DNA of 64,000 bases from Mobula birostris (GCF_030028105.1 NC_092379.1:26653821-26717820), one strand, 5' to 3'; shown: positions 38,431 to 50,795, counted from the stretch's first letter. The notes: generated from the letters alone by a model not told the origin. Numbers and translations are program-made.

Positions 38431-40950
38431 AGTAAGGAATGCCCTTACAATAACTCCGCCTGAAATCAAACAAGTCTTATTAAGCCAAAACCTTACTCCA
38501 CTGCTTCAGACTATTCCTTCGACGACCACTCCCACGATGATGTTCGCTAAGCAGTAAATCTCTTTTATAGACATTGGGTTCCTCGACGAAAATTTTTTGT
38601 AGAACCTGCGTGGGAATGCCCCGGTTGCGTCACTGCAGCAAGCCGATGAACGATCCCCGTCCAGCAATTAGCTTTTTTTTTTTCTATTTCTCCCTGTTGC
38701 TTGGTAACGCTGCAAAGTTGTCTGCTCAACACTCCAATGAACTGCGTGAATTAGAAATATAGAAATATAGAAAAGCTACAGAACAATACAAGCATTTCGA
38801 TCCACAATGCTGAGCCGAACATGTACGTGTATTAGGGTTACCATACCCGTATATATATTTTTTTTCTATTCTCCATAGGGCATCAGTCTCCCTAGATCGA
38901 AAGTTGACGCCATTTTCGTATTAATTAAAGAAGGTTCGCACCCACCTATGAGATGCAAGTCTTACGCATGGGAATATTGCGATTCATGCGATCAGTTTAG
39001 CGTAGCCACTCGATGGTACGTCACGATTCCTTCAGCTCCTTTAGCAATGCTGAGAGACAATGTTCGAATTTTGTGTTGCCATGTTCTTAGGTAACATTCC
39101 GACAAGTTTGCAATTCACTGCTCGGAACAGTGCTTTAAACAAGTTGCAATCTAATCTTTAAATATTACTTTGATTTTCCATATGACATTCATGGGAATTA
39201 TGCCATTTGAAACACCATTTTGATCAGCAACATTCTACTTTACTTTATCTCTCACCCGTGATACCAAAGGACCCGTTACACTTTCAATAAAATGTGTTGA
39301 AATGCTTTCTACCTTTGTCGTTTCTTGACACTACATTCTATTAAAGAATGGAATCAGCATTTATGCCGCAACAGAGCGGTAGACTTTTGTCAGCACTATA
39401 AACACGTGAAATATCTTGTAGAACTGTGATATTCCCGGTATCCTTTTAATATAATTTATCATTAAACCTCTCGTTCTCTTACCGAGTTTGATGAATGTAC
39501 GAGTATTAAGAGTATCAGTGTTGAATACGATATTATCTAGCACGTGCTTTTGTTATAATGGGGTAGCGAAGACTCAATGGGAAGTTCCGAAGTCGAATGT
39601 ACGACAACACAATGACAACACCACATTGACACAATTAGACCTCAAATTACTGTGTAATTTACTTATTTCAAATATCTATGGCTGGATTATAAAACAACAA
39701 ATAAAGATTTTATGCGACAATTATATGCAACTTTACAGCCACGCTGAGTTTATGAGTTAACTACTAATTTTAAAAATCTGCTGACATTTGCGATCCAGTT
39801 GTGGCAGGCAGAAAGCACCATTGCTTGGATCTGACTTGTCTCTGCACACACGGATTCACAACGCTGTTGTCTCGTATGGCAGATTTCGATGAAATAAGAC
39901 GATTGGGTCAATTTGCCTGCAACGATTGGGTGTGTAGACTAAATACTCGGAAGTATATCAATGCAACGCCACAGTCTAAATGTCGTAGAAAATACATTTG
40001 CAATGCTTGCACATCCTTGGCTGAAACTGAAGAGGCTGTAGTGTTAAGTTGTGAGGCAGCAAGTTGGAGAGGAACTGCACCATAAGAGTTGTTTTTTTGC
40101 AAAGAACGTGGTTGATATCTGCAACTCGCAGTCACAGTAGTTTATTTTTTTCGGATTATGAGAACACGGAGTCCTCTTTTATTGCCATTTACAAATGCAT
40201 ATATGCATTAAGAAATGATACAATGCTTCTCCGGAGTAATATCACAGAAAACAGGACAAACCAAAGACTAACACTGACAGAACCACATCATTATAACATA
40301 TAGTTACAGCAATGCAAAGCAATACCATAATATGATGACGAACGAACCATGGGCACGGTAAGTAAAGTCTCAAAACACCCCATGTAGATCGACTCCAGAG
40401 TCCCCGATAGCAGGCGGGAAAATCCCTGCTATAAACCCCCACGCTTCGTCAATATCTGATGCGTTGGAAGCAGCCGACCACAGCCGACACTGATTCCATC
40501 CGTCTGAATACTTCGAGCTACTAACCAACCTCTCCGATGCAGCCTGCCGAGCGCCTTAGTCTTCGACCCGGCTGCTAAAGCACGCAAAGCCGAGGATTTC
40601 GGGGCCATCTGCTCCAGAGATTCCCATTACCACACAGTAGCAGGTGCAGCGAAGCGGGCATTTCAGAAGTTTTCCAGGTGTTGCAGCTGAATCTTTTTGA
40701 ACTCAGGAAGTAGGTTATATCCGGTCTCGCCTCGTCTACCAACTTTATGTTGATTGGCTGTGTTGAGGAACAAAGAAGTAATACAGGATTGACCATGAGT
40801 TGATTGGGGGACTTGGAGAAGCACAAAACTTGATGCAACGCGGATGACTCAAATGGCTTCTTAACAAACAAGACCGCACTCTTTAGGGGCACTAATATAA
40901 CTTTCCTGAGAATAAAAAAGTTTCAGTGCAAATCTACAGCGAACACAGAC

Positions 40951-40996
40951 ATGTTTGTCCTATATTTGTTTATTACTGCAGCAGTTCTTCTGATCG
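40951..40996 (+). CDS. TRAV: V3 leader exon (MFVLYLFITAAVLLI-G)
   Basis: 15 codons + 1 nt, hydrophobic; consensus donor GTAAGT at 40997; 491-nt intron. Confidence 0.85.
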
Positions 40997-41487
40997 GTAA
41001 GTTTTTTTTTCAAACATTTTCGACATCGGTAAGTTTCTCTAACAGTGCAGAACAAAATAGTTTATCAGAATACCAGTAAAACAATATTCAACATGACAGG
41101 AAAGGATCTGAGGGTACCAAAGTAATATGATTTCAAATCTCCTGCAACTGGCAATAGGATGTTTGATTCGGTATTTCCAGGCAAACAATAGTCGAATGGA
41201 TTCAGGCCTTGGCGGGAAATCTTTGTCTTTGCTTTCCTCCTGAGATGGAACGGGGACGAGGACTCACTAATAAGGGCAATTGGACTTTTTCTCAAAAAGA
41301 TAATTTCTTTCAACCTTTGCTGCCACACTTGCTAATTTATACAGGCGTAATACTTCTACCTCAACTTGGAACCCGCACCCCTCGTCTCTAAATAGTACAA
41401 AGGAACCAGGATGTGCTTCGTCGGTATGTTAGTAGAACATTGATATTATTTGACTAAAATTTGGAAATTATTTTTGTTCTGCAACAG

Positions 41488-41791
41488 GATATTGCCGAGG
41501 CGATGCCGTTTATCAGTCACCTGCTGTCACTACAGTCACGGAAGGGGAAGTTGCAGTGTTAAATTGTAATTATACAACAGCAAGCTCGCAACCCAATTTA
41601 TTCTGGTACCGTCAGTATCCCGGAGGTTCTCTCGAGTTTCTGTTGCACCTTACGAAATATGACAGCCACCGAGAGAATGTTCTACGACAACGCTTCACGG
41701 CGCAGTTGAATGATTCAAGTAGAACGGTCCCACTGACAGTATCCGACACACATATAGAAGGCACTGCCATGTATTACTGTGCTCTGAGGCC
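41488..41791 (+). CDS. TRAV: TCR alpha/delta V exon V3, intact (family-level call)
   Basis: Acceptor CAACAG, then GYCRGDAVYQSP...VLNCNYT..LFWYRQYPG...RFTA...AMYYCALRP with no stops. Confidence 0.93.
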
Positions 41792-41830
41792 CACAGGGGT
41801 ACAGAACTAGGCTGAACCAGTACAATAACT
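41792..41830 (+). promoter_or_regulatory. 23-RSS of V3
   Basis: CACAGGG + 23 nt + ACAATAACT. Confidence 0.9.
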
Positions 41831-42299
41831 GCTTGCGTTCTCTAGTGGCAGCTGAGTGTAAACGGCGCTCTCTGCGCGCCGGGTGGACCTTGGTCGACCT
41901 GATATGCACTCAAATAGCAATTCATTTGATGATATTATAATCCAGTTGACTGAATCGCCTTCAGTACGTTACTGCTCAATGTGTTCAAAACCCCGTCTAC
42001 CGTCATTCCTACGACAGAAGAAAGTACAACCTCCCATTGTTATTTTCCTCACAATATTTTGAAGAAGAGCTTATTTACCTTGCATTGCTGTGGACGCAGT
42101 CCCCCCCCCCCCCCCCAGTATCTTACTGAAATCTCACGGTTTCCGCAATTTATTATTAATTGCATTTTTTAATATGACAATTAATTTATTTGTTTTTACT
42201 TCTGAACTTTCTTTCAGAGCTATATCGCCGCGCTCTCCTATGGAGTACTAGGTAACTGCAATCTAATATTGCCGGAATGTTACACCACGATCACCAACA

Positions 42300-42505
42300 G
42301 AGGGGGAGGTGAAATTGTTCCTTGTTGCCGCTTACGGGCCAGAGGGAGGGTAGCTGGAGGAGACTCTGGGGTTCTAACTTTTAACGGTCATTCATTCTTG
42401 CAGGACCCTCCTTTGTTTGTTTTCGTGATTGTTTGCGAATACAAAGCTTTTCAGGATGTAAATTGTTCACATTTCTCTGACATTAACCATACCTTTGATT
42501 TTTTT
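42300..42505 (+). mobile_element. 3' fragment of an unclassified retroposon (same family as the CDR2 insert; paralog ~57940-58135)
   Basis: Shares TTGCCGCTTACG...TTTGCGAA...CATTTCTCTGACATTAA blocks with 49090-49240 and 62820-62990. Confidence 0.6.
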
Positions 42506-44880
42506 TAAAATAAGAAGTATATGGGCGCACTGGTACAGGACGAGATTGAATTTTAATATGCAACTCATCCGTCTAGTACTACTGAGCCAATTGAGGTGGA
42601 CGTGGTTTACAGAGCGAGCGTTACTTCGGCTATGCTCACAATTGCACTGCTGACATCTCACTTTTCAGGAAATAACATTGACATCACTCATAACACAATT
42701 CAAAAACAGTCTGACTGAGGAGTAACAGAAACATCGGAGACAATTTAGCGGAGAATGGGTAATATGAACGCCGAAAGTCTGTTCTTAATATATTACTTTT
42801 TAATGGGAAGGCCTGTCGTAGTGTCATTCGTGTGAGAGTCGAAATATCGTGCTAACCATACTGTAATATTCTATGGTTCGTGCTGCAATCATATAATACA
42901 TATAATGTAAATGACTTGTTGTCTTGGGATTATCGGATATGTAATAATATGGACCTTGACTACTGCGATTTCGAAAGGGTGCTCTACTGCTTTAACAACG
43001 ATGCATTTCAGTGAAATTATCTTCGACAATATCACCTCGAAATCATTATCGGTTTAGTAAAGCTATTTTGCCTCGTGTATAGCCGGATGCCTAAATTAAT
43101 GAGCCCTGCCGCCCTGTGCACTGCATTTGCAAATTGTTAATTTACCTAAAGGTGTTAAACCTTGCGCTTTATGTTTAAGAGCGTCCATTGATTTTGACTA
43201 GCACGGATTTTCCACTTTCTGTGTGTATTTAAAGCGAATTGCAATGAGAGATGGCTCTAAACTCCCTTTGTTTCCAGAATGACTCAACTCCCAATGTTGC
43301 TTGGTCTAACCACTGATACTCTGTCGGAATTTCCTTCAAATGAACTCGTGCTCCAGTGTCTAAATGTAATATTGTCGGTTTCCCGCAATGGCGGCAGTCA
43401 TTTCTCTGCGCAGAATGTTGCTGTGGAAATGAGTTAAGAATAAATCAATTTTGTTGGTGGAAGGGGATTATTAATTGAAGTCCTTTTCTCTGGTGGAATG
43501 TTTACTATGTTGACTGCTGTAATCTTATTTGTGAATAGGGGTTATTGTTTTATATCTCCTTCATGGCTCAACCATTGTCATCAGTTTAATAAAGGCAAGC
43601 TGTAGATAAATTCTTGTGTATCTCAAGTAGGCATGACGATATTGCAATATGAAACAGATAGGGAGGAATGTTATAGAGGTTAGTTTAGTTTAAGCATGTG
43701 ATTGATTTCGGAGAACAAAGATTGCACATGGCTGAACAACTACGTTTGAAAGTACCCAATTAATAAACATGATATAGAAGTCAGCTCTTTTAATTCATTA
43801 TAGATGGTGTAATTTCAATCGAATATGATCAATGTGAGCAGCGTTGATGTTACAGTAACCGTGTAACCGTTACAGTAACGAGGACTAAAATAAGTTGTTT
43901 AATTTAAATGAAGCCCGAAAATGTAATCTCTGTCCTTGGAGCTCTGTGCAATGTGGAGATTAATGCGTTCTGAGCGGTGTCTCAGAAAGGCAGCACCATT
44001 GTTAAGGAGCTCCAGCACCCACCGGATGCCCTTTTAAGATTGTTACCATCAGGTCGTAGTTACAGAGGCTTCAGGTCACACACTCAGCGATTCAAAGCAG
44101 CTTCCTCACCTCTGCCAGTCGATTCATAAATGGACATTGAAGCTTTGGACACTGACCTCACTTGTTAAAATATAAAGTATTTCTCATTTTGCATAATTGA
44201 TTTACTTGTTTATTTATTATTATGTTTTATTTTATTTTTTTTCTTCGCTAGATAATGTATTGCATTGAACTGTTGTTACTCTGTTAACAAATTCACGTCA
44301 CATGCTGCTGATAATAAACCTTTTTCTGATTCTGACATCTTAATAAAAACATGCATTATAAAACACGTTACAGATAATGGAATAAAAAAGGAAAGAGGCG
44401 GACGATAATACAAAATGTAGAAAATATAATGTGATTACTATTTCAGGCGAATAACATTCCGAAAGGTATTGCATAACATTGTTCAATAATGACTGGTATT
44501 ATACATCTGCCAAACGGAATAATGGCAGATGTATTCGGAAGGGCAACTGCGCCCAGAGGAAGTCTCGTCATTTTCAAGTGCGACAGAAACGGTGATAATG
44601 AACATTACTTCGAATAAATATAGACTGAGCTATTGTCCGTAGATACACGGAGAGAAAAAAAAATACATCTGTATTATTTCACTCAGATCTTTCAGATAAT
44701 TAAACCTCGTTGGAGTCAGATATTGGCGAAAGACGGAAGTGCTTTCTGAGATTCTTCGTTTTCTGCAGCCCGCAATGTTCTCCTTGCTTTTCTATGTACT
44801 CTATGTCTCATATTACAGGAACTCTTAGAAGTCATGTAAACATTGATTATACTGATTATATTATATTATATTGATTATAT

Positions 44881-46750
44881 CAACGAGACTTGGAAGAGCA
44901 AAATGAAGGATAATCCAAAGAGTTTTTACAAGTATATTAAGAGCAAAACGATTGTAAGGGATAAAATTGGTCCTCTTGAAGATCAGAGTGGTCGGCTTTG
45001 TGCGGAACCAAAAGAAATGGGGGAGATCTTAAATAGTTTATTTTGCGTCTGTATTTACTAAGGAAGCTGGCATGAAATCTATGGAATTGAGGGAATCAAG
45101 TAGTGAGACCATGGAAACTGTACAGATTGAAAAGGTGGCGGTGCTTGCTGTCTTGTGGAAAATTAAAGTGGATAAATCCCCGGGCCCTGACAGAGTGTTC
45201 CCTCCGACCTTGAAGGAGACTAGTGTTGAAATTGCGGGGGCCCTGGCAGAAATATTTAAAATGTCGCTGTCTACAGGTGAGGTGTCGGAAGATTGGAGAG
45301 TGGCTCATGTTGTTCCGTTGTTTAAAAAGGGTTCGAAAAGTAATCCGTGAAATCATAGGCCGGTGAGTTCAACGTCAGTAGTAGGTAAGTTATTGGAGGG
45401 AGTACTAAGAGACAGAATCTACAAGCATTTGGATAGACAGGGGCTTATTAGGAAGAGTCAACATGGCTTTGTGCGTGGTAGGTCCTGTTTGAACAATCTG
45501 TTGGAGTTTTTCGAGGAGGTTACCAGGGAAGTGGTTGAAGGGAAGGCAGTGGATATTGTCTACATGGACTTCAGTAAGGCCTTTGACAAGGTCCCGCATG
45601 GGAGGTTAGTTAGGAAAATTTAGTCGCTAGGTATACATGGAGAGGTGGTAAATTGGATTAGACATTGGCTCGATGGAAGAAGCCAGAGAGTGGTGATAGA
45701 GAATTGCTTCTCTGAGTGGAGGTCTGTGACTAGTGGTGTGCCACAGGGATCAGTGCTGGGTCCATTGTTATTTGTCATCTATATCAATGATCTGGATGAT
45801 AATGTGGTAAATTGGATCAGCAAGTTTGCTGATGATACAAAGATTGGAGGTGTAGTAGAGAGTGTGGAAGGTTTTCAGAGCCTGCAGAGGGATTTGGACC
45901 AGCTGGAAAAATGGGCTGAAAAATGGCAGATGGAGTTTAATACTGACAAGTGTGAGGTATTGCACGTTGGAAGGACAAACCAACGTAGAATATACAGGGT
46001 TAATGGTAAGGCACTGAGGAGCGCAGCGGAACAGAGGGATCTGGGAATACAGATACAAAATTCCCTAAAAGTGTCGTCATAGGTAGATATGGTCGAAAAG
46101 AGAGCTTTTGGTACATTGGCCTTTATTAATCGAAGTATTGAGTATAAGAGCTGGAATGTTATGATGAGGTTGTATAAGGCATTGGCGAGGCCGAATCTGG
46201 AGTATTGTGTTCAGTTTTGGTCACCAAATTACAGGAAGGATATAAATAAGGTTGAAAGAGTGCAGAGAAGGTTTACAAGGATGTTGCCGGGACTTGATAA
46301 ACTCAGTTACAGAGAAAGGTTGAATAGGTTAGGACTTTATTCCCTGGAGCGTAGAAGAATGAGGGGAGATTTGATAGAGGTATATAAAGTTATGATGGGT
46401 ATAGATAGAGTGAATGCAAGCAGGCTTTTTTCCACTGAGGCAAGGGGAGAAAAAAAAAAAAGAGGACATGGGTTAAGGGTGGGGGGGGGAAGTTTAAAGG
46501 GAACATGGGGGGGAGGGGCTTCTTGACACAGAGAGTGGTGGGAGTATGGAATGAGCTGCCAGACGATGTGGTAAATGCCGGTTCTTTTTTAACATTTAAG
46601 AATAAATTGGACAGATACATGGATGGGAGGTGTATGGAGGGATATGGTACGTGTGCAGGTCAGTGGGACTAGGCAGAAAATGGTTCGGCACAGCCAAGAA
46701 GGGCCAAAGGGCCTGTTTCTGTGCTGTAGTTTCTATGGTTCTATGGTTCT
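44881..46750 (+). mobile_element. CR1 LINE, 5'-truncated, present only in duplication copy A
   Basis: RT ORFs 45072-46526 (YMDFSKAFDKVPH, GVPQGSVLGP, SKFADDTK); (TTCTATGG)n tail; empty site at ~60480 in copy B. Confidence 0.95.
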
Positions 46751-48243
46751 ATTACGATTGGCCCTCCGAATACAATTCCTGAAATGTTATTACACATGAT
46801 CAAACTACTTAATTGTATAGCTTTGTATTTTTACTACATTAGGAAACCATTCTACGCATTCAGGAATGTTGCAAAGGTTAAACATACACTACTGTGAGGC
46901 AAACAAATCTTCCAGCTCATCAGAGCATAGGTTGAACGGCTATTACACATATCCACTTTACAGAAACCCGTTTACTTCGCCAATAACTCAATTGGCTTTG
47001 TTTCTCGATCGATCAATCCCTCGCTGTTTTTCTGTTTCACGATACAACCAGTTAACCAGGCGAAAGTAGATCCGACAAGACCGGACATACGTTACTCGCT
47101 GTGAGTTGACGTTGAACTTGCATACAAGGGACAGAAAGAAAGATAGCAGGAACAGAATTGACCTCAAGGAATACTGTTGGAAAAGATTGAGGTCATATTT
47201 ATTTCACTGAATATCAATATATAATAAGCAGATACACCCGCTCAGACTGAGAGGAGGAAAATATCTCACAGAGAACGTCCCAGAAGTCGAATTTAATGAC
47301 CGTTGGCTTTCGAGTTTAGTGAACATATTCAATCATAAGATTGTCAAAAAAGTCATCAGTATCATATAGGTACAGAGTATTATTGCGAAAACAGAAAATG
47401 CAGCCTACCACGAGCAGCCTCACCACTGTTATATTTTCCTGCTCAATTTCACCGTTACACATTGTAAAAAAAAACATCTTTCTTTTACTATTTGTGCACT
47501 TGAAGCAATTTATTTATTTATATAGCTCCCCTCTGCAAGCATGTCAGAGATATCAGCCGCATTCTGAAACAATAAAAAAAACAGGGTTATACTTAACTTT
47601 TGCTTGAGTTATCCATCCAGTCAACTTAAAACTACCCCCAAATGTGTTTAAGTCAAAAAGGGCAAGCAGGGGATAGCATACGCTATTTATTACACTGATA
47701 CTGTGATATACGTTTTACCCTTTACCCTACGGTTTTGAAATTGAAAGAGTCTTCACATCGATTCAGTACTGGCAGCTAAATTCTCCTGATCAAGACAATA
47801 TCCCGGGCAATCCAATTATTCGTTGAAAAAAAAACAAATGACGAAGGAGACACCGTTGGTTACGTCATCTGATACACGTCATTCGGAGGTGAATTTGGCT
47901 TTCAATGTACCAAAAAATATCAGAAGATGTCAACTCCACAAATTGTCAGCCTCTACTTTAGTGATTAATATGGACCGATGCTGCATGACAGATTCTCTGT
48001 CCTCTCTCGTCTGCATCGAGAAACATAATTTGAAAGCTAAATGTTAGCACTGGGAATTTGTCACGTGGGGTTTGAACTCTATGACATTTCAGATTATGAG
48101 GAACTTTGTATTAGTTTCGCGCATTGTAAACATATTTTTTACTTGCTACCCCTGTGTACGACAACATCTTTTTTTTTTAATCCCCTATCAGCTTCGTTCA
48201 ACGCGTCAGTGTGCGCTCTGAAAACAACAGGTTTGATCCTCTG

Positions 48244-48282
48244 CGTTTCTGGCCTGTTATGTAGCTGTTCTGAGCCAATGTG
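48244..48282 (-). promoter_or_regulatory. 23-RSS of inverted pseudogene V5a
   Basis: - strand CACATTG + 23 nt + CCAGAAACG. Confidence 0.75.
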
Positions 48283-49497
48283 GGCGTCCTGGCACAAAGA
48301 TATATAGCGAAATCTGAAACGAGAGATCCGGTGATGTTGAAAGTAAAATGCCGACAATTTCTGATGGATCGACAGGAAAACCTGTCTGGCTTTTGTAATA
48401 TCGTTATTGGACATTAGTGCTGAGGCTAGGAGGGCATGCAGAGCTTAGGAGGGATATTGCCTCCTGGGGGCGACTCCTTCGCTTCCATCTTCGGAAACCG
48501 CTTTTTCTTCAAAGTTTAATATCATTATTTTTGCCATTCAGGGCTCTTTTGAAAACCCTGACCCGGAGTTTCAAGCAGGCTTCGTTTTTTTTTTTTCTTT
48601 TTTTTTTGCGAGAATGGGACCGGTACTCAGGGTTGAATGACTGACCGTTATTCAACCTTCCAGGCGTTTTGCCTAAGAGCCTTGATTGTGTTTGGAAGCC
48701 TAAGATCTCGGAGCTCTGGAGAAGCGGGGGATAGATGATCGGTGTCACGGCAGGAGAGACGTGTGTTGTCGGGGAGGCCAGAAAATATTTCGCTGTGAGC
48801 ACCAAGACCCGAGGTCTTTGAAATCTTCGGACACAGAGCTCGAAAAAAAAACGATGAAAAGGACTTTTAACACCGTAAACCAGCGGGATGTTGTGATGTC
48901 CACCGCTCCCCATGAGAATGCAGGTCACCTCCCTCTCACTAGCCAGAGAGAGAGAGAGAACTTGTAGTTTTACGAATGTCGGATGAAATGCGAAGCCTCT
49001 GGATAACTTTGGACTGTGTCCTTGCTATCGCTTACGTCACGCTTGTGCTCGGCTGCGCTTTTTGTTTGGCCAGTGGAGGAAGGAGCGAATGTTGTTCACT
49101 GCCGCTTACGCGCAGGAGGGTGGAGGGTGGAGCGGGGGGGGGCGGGGTTTACAGGTTTAACAGTCGTTCATTATTTATGGCACTACCCTGTTTCCGTGGG
49201 TGTTGGCGAAGCAAAAGCATTTCAGAATTTCTTTTGTAGAAATTTTTGAAATTTTCGCGTGTCCCGCGTAACTGCGTGTACCAAAGAGCAGTACCACTGT
49301 CTTAAGCTGCGGAATACGTTCAGATGATGGTTACCGTTGGGCCTTCCTGTGTCAGCAGTTCAGGCGGTTTCTGGGATATTATTTTTTCACCATAAGCTCC
49401 TGCAAGAAAGCACAACTCAGTAGAATTCGAAGCCACCGTCTGAACACCAGATTTTTTTAAGTGTGGACTCACCTGGAAGAACGAGAATTACGAACAT
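48283..49497 (-). pseudogene. TRAV: Inverted V pseudogene V5a, split by an insertion at CDR2
   Basis: Short leader MFVILVLP-G (49497-49473) with GTGAGT donor; 73-nt intron. 5' half 49399-~49245: GAYGEKIISQKP..TVTII*TYSAA*DSGTALWYTQ. 3' half ~48427-48283: PDRFSC...SDFAIYLCARTP. Confidence 0.88.
48428..49244 (+). mobile_element. ~0.82-kb unclassified retroposon inside V5a
   Basis: Interrupts V homology exactly between FR2 and CDR2/FR3; its 3' part matches the 42300-42505 family. Confidence 0.7.
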
Positions 49498-50752
49498 TGC
49501 AAGATGTGCGATCTTGTCTTGAAGGGTGATAACTTAACGTGCTCATGTCCATCTATGAGAGCACACAGATTAAATATGATTGTTTTATTTTGCAGATAAA
49601 TAGCGTTCTCCTAGTTCAGGCTTGGCCTGTCATAAAAAAATAAGACAGGTTTGGCACAAATCATCTTCTCTCATGTCATTGGATGCACGTCTTTCGGAGC
49701 TGCATTACAATTTTAAACGTACCACAAAGTATCGGAACAAGTCAGCAAGTAGCTGGAGTGCAAGTACAGCTCATTGAAATGTCCACTTTAACTGTGGTGA
49801 TTAACATGGGCAGTTGCTGCAGAAGGGATTTTCCCTCTCTCTAATTTGGCGAAAAGTACATATAATACTAGAGTAAAAATGTATTACTCTGACCTTGTTA
49901 TGTGGGAATCGTTTACTTGTCCGTCGAAAGCTGCTAGGAAAATAATCTTCAGAGTTGGCGGAGCGCACGTGCTCTCTGACCGAGGTATCAAGTTTCCTGA
50001 GGGGTTAATGTTGTCGTTTGAGTAATCTGGATTTTTCACAACTGCTATTCGGCAGCACAGTTGATACAGCAATTGTACTTGTGGGTATGTACGTTTCTAC
50101 TAATTATTATTTAATCGCGATAATAGTTAACTCTATTAATGTCGTCGTAGTCCTGGTAGAGACTTGGACAGAGCACAACAACGCTTCGCTACGTGTTTCT
50201 ATTCGGCATTCCCTGAGAAAATCGACGGTCAAATCAACTGACTCAGAAGACTAGCGGTATTCGTTTAATGTTTAGATGTTCCTTTCAGCCGCAGTGTTGA
50301 CTTCGTTTTCCATTTTAGAGTTTTCGTTAACGGTTCTGTTTGGCCTTGCGTTCATTGCTTTATTTTCCATTTTACACTGATCGCATTGAAGTCTGTGAGC
50401 TATCGACCTGCTTCAGTGCTGCTCACTACGCACTTGGGCCATATCCGAACATGCTAACAGGGTGACCTCGACGTTTTGCCGAATCTTTCACTGCTTCAGA
50501 ATACATGATCGACGTGCGCATTCGCAATCAGTGTCTGCTGGACCGCTCTATTCCTGGGCCCCTTCTTTCATGATGGATACCTGCAATGATAATTAAAACA
50601 GACAACAACTAAGTGTTAAACACATTTCATTCAGAAAAAAAAAAACAGAAAACATTCAGCTAGTCGGCATGTAATTTTTGATGCAAGAGTGTAAATTGAA
50701 GATGTAAATATTCATTAATATGTGAGAAAAGTGGTGCAGGGACATTATCTGA

Positions 50753-50753
50753 A

Positions 50754-50789
<36 letters not shown>

Positions 50790-50795
50790 GCTCCC
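50753..50795. repeat. (TC)n microsatellite
   Basis: Directly visible. Confidence 0.9.

Larger units (their letters stand above)
39164..50240 (+). repeat. Segmental duplication copy A (portion alignable to copy B within the window)
   Basis: Collinear with 54564-64000 from ATTACTTTGATTTTCCA to AAATCGACGGTCAA; roughly 90% identity by eye, with large indels. Confidence 0.95.

Noticed and set aside
40560-40900. V-like motifs on the - strand (TGYNLLPEFKK / CYCVVM)
   Set aside because: Part of this stretch reads as an interspersed repeat that continues in copy B, and the rest is the V3 upstream region; no Cys-Trp-Cys spacing, acceptor or RSS.
41488-41791. V3/V4 as leaderless NAR-TCR supporting V-delta segments
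   Set aside because: A good hydrophobic leader with a consensus donor lies ~490 nt upstream, and there is no CDR1 cysteine or nearby NAR-like V/D/J.
42764-43100. Leader-like MNAESLFLIYYFLM-G in both duplicates
   Set aside because: The donor position reads GA, and no recognisable V exon follows.
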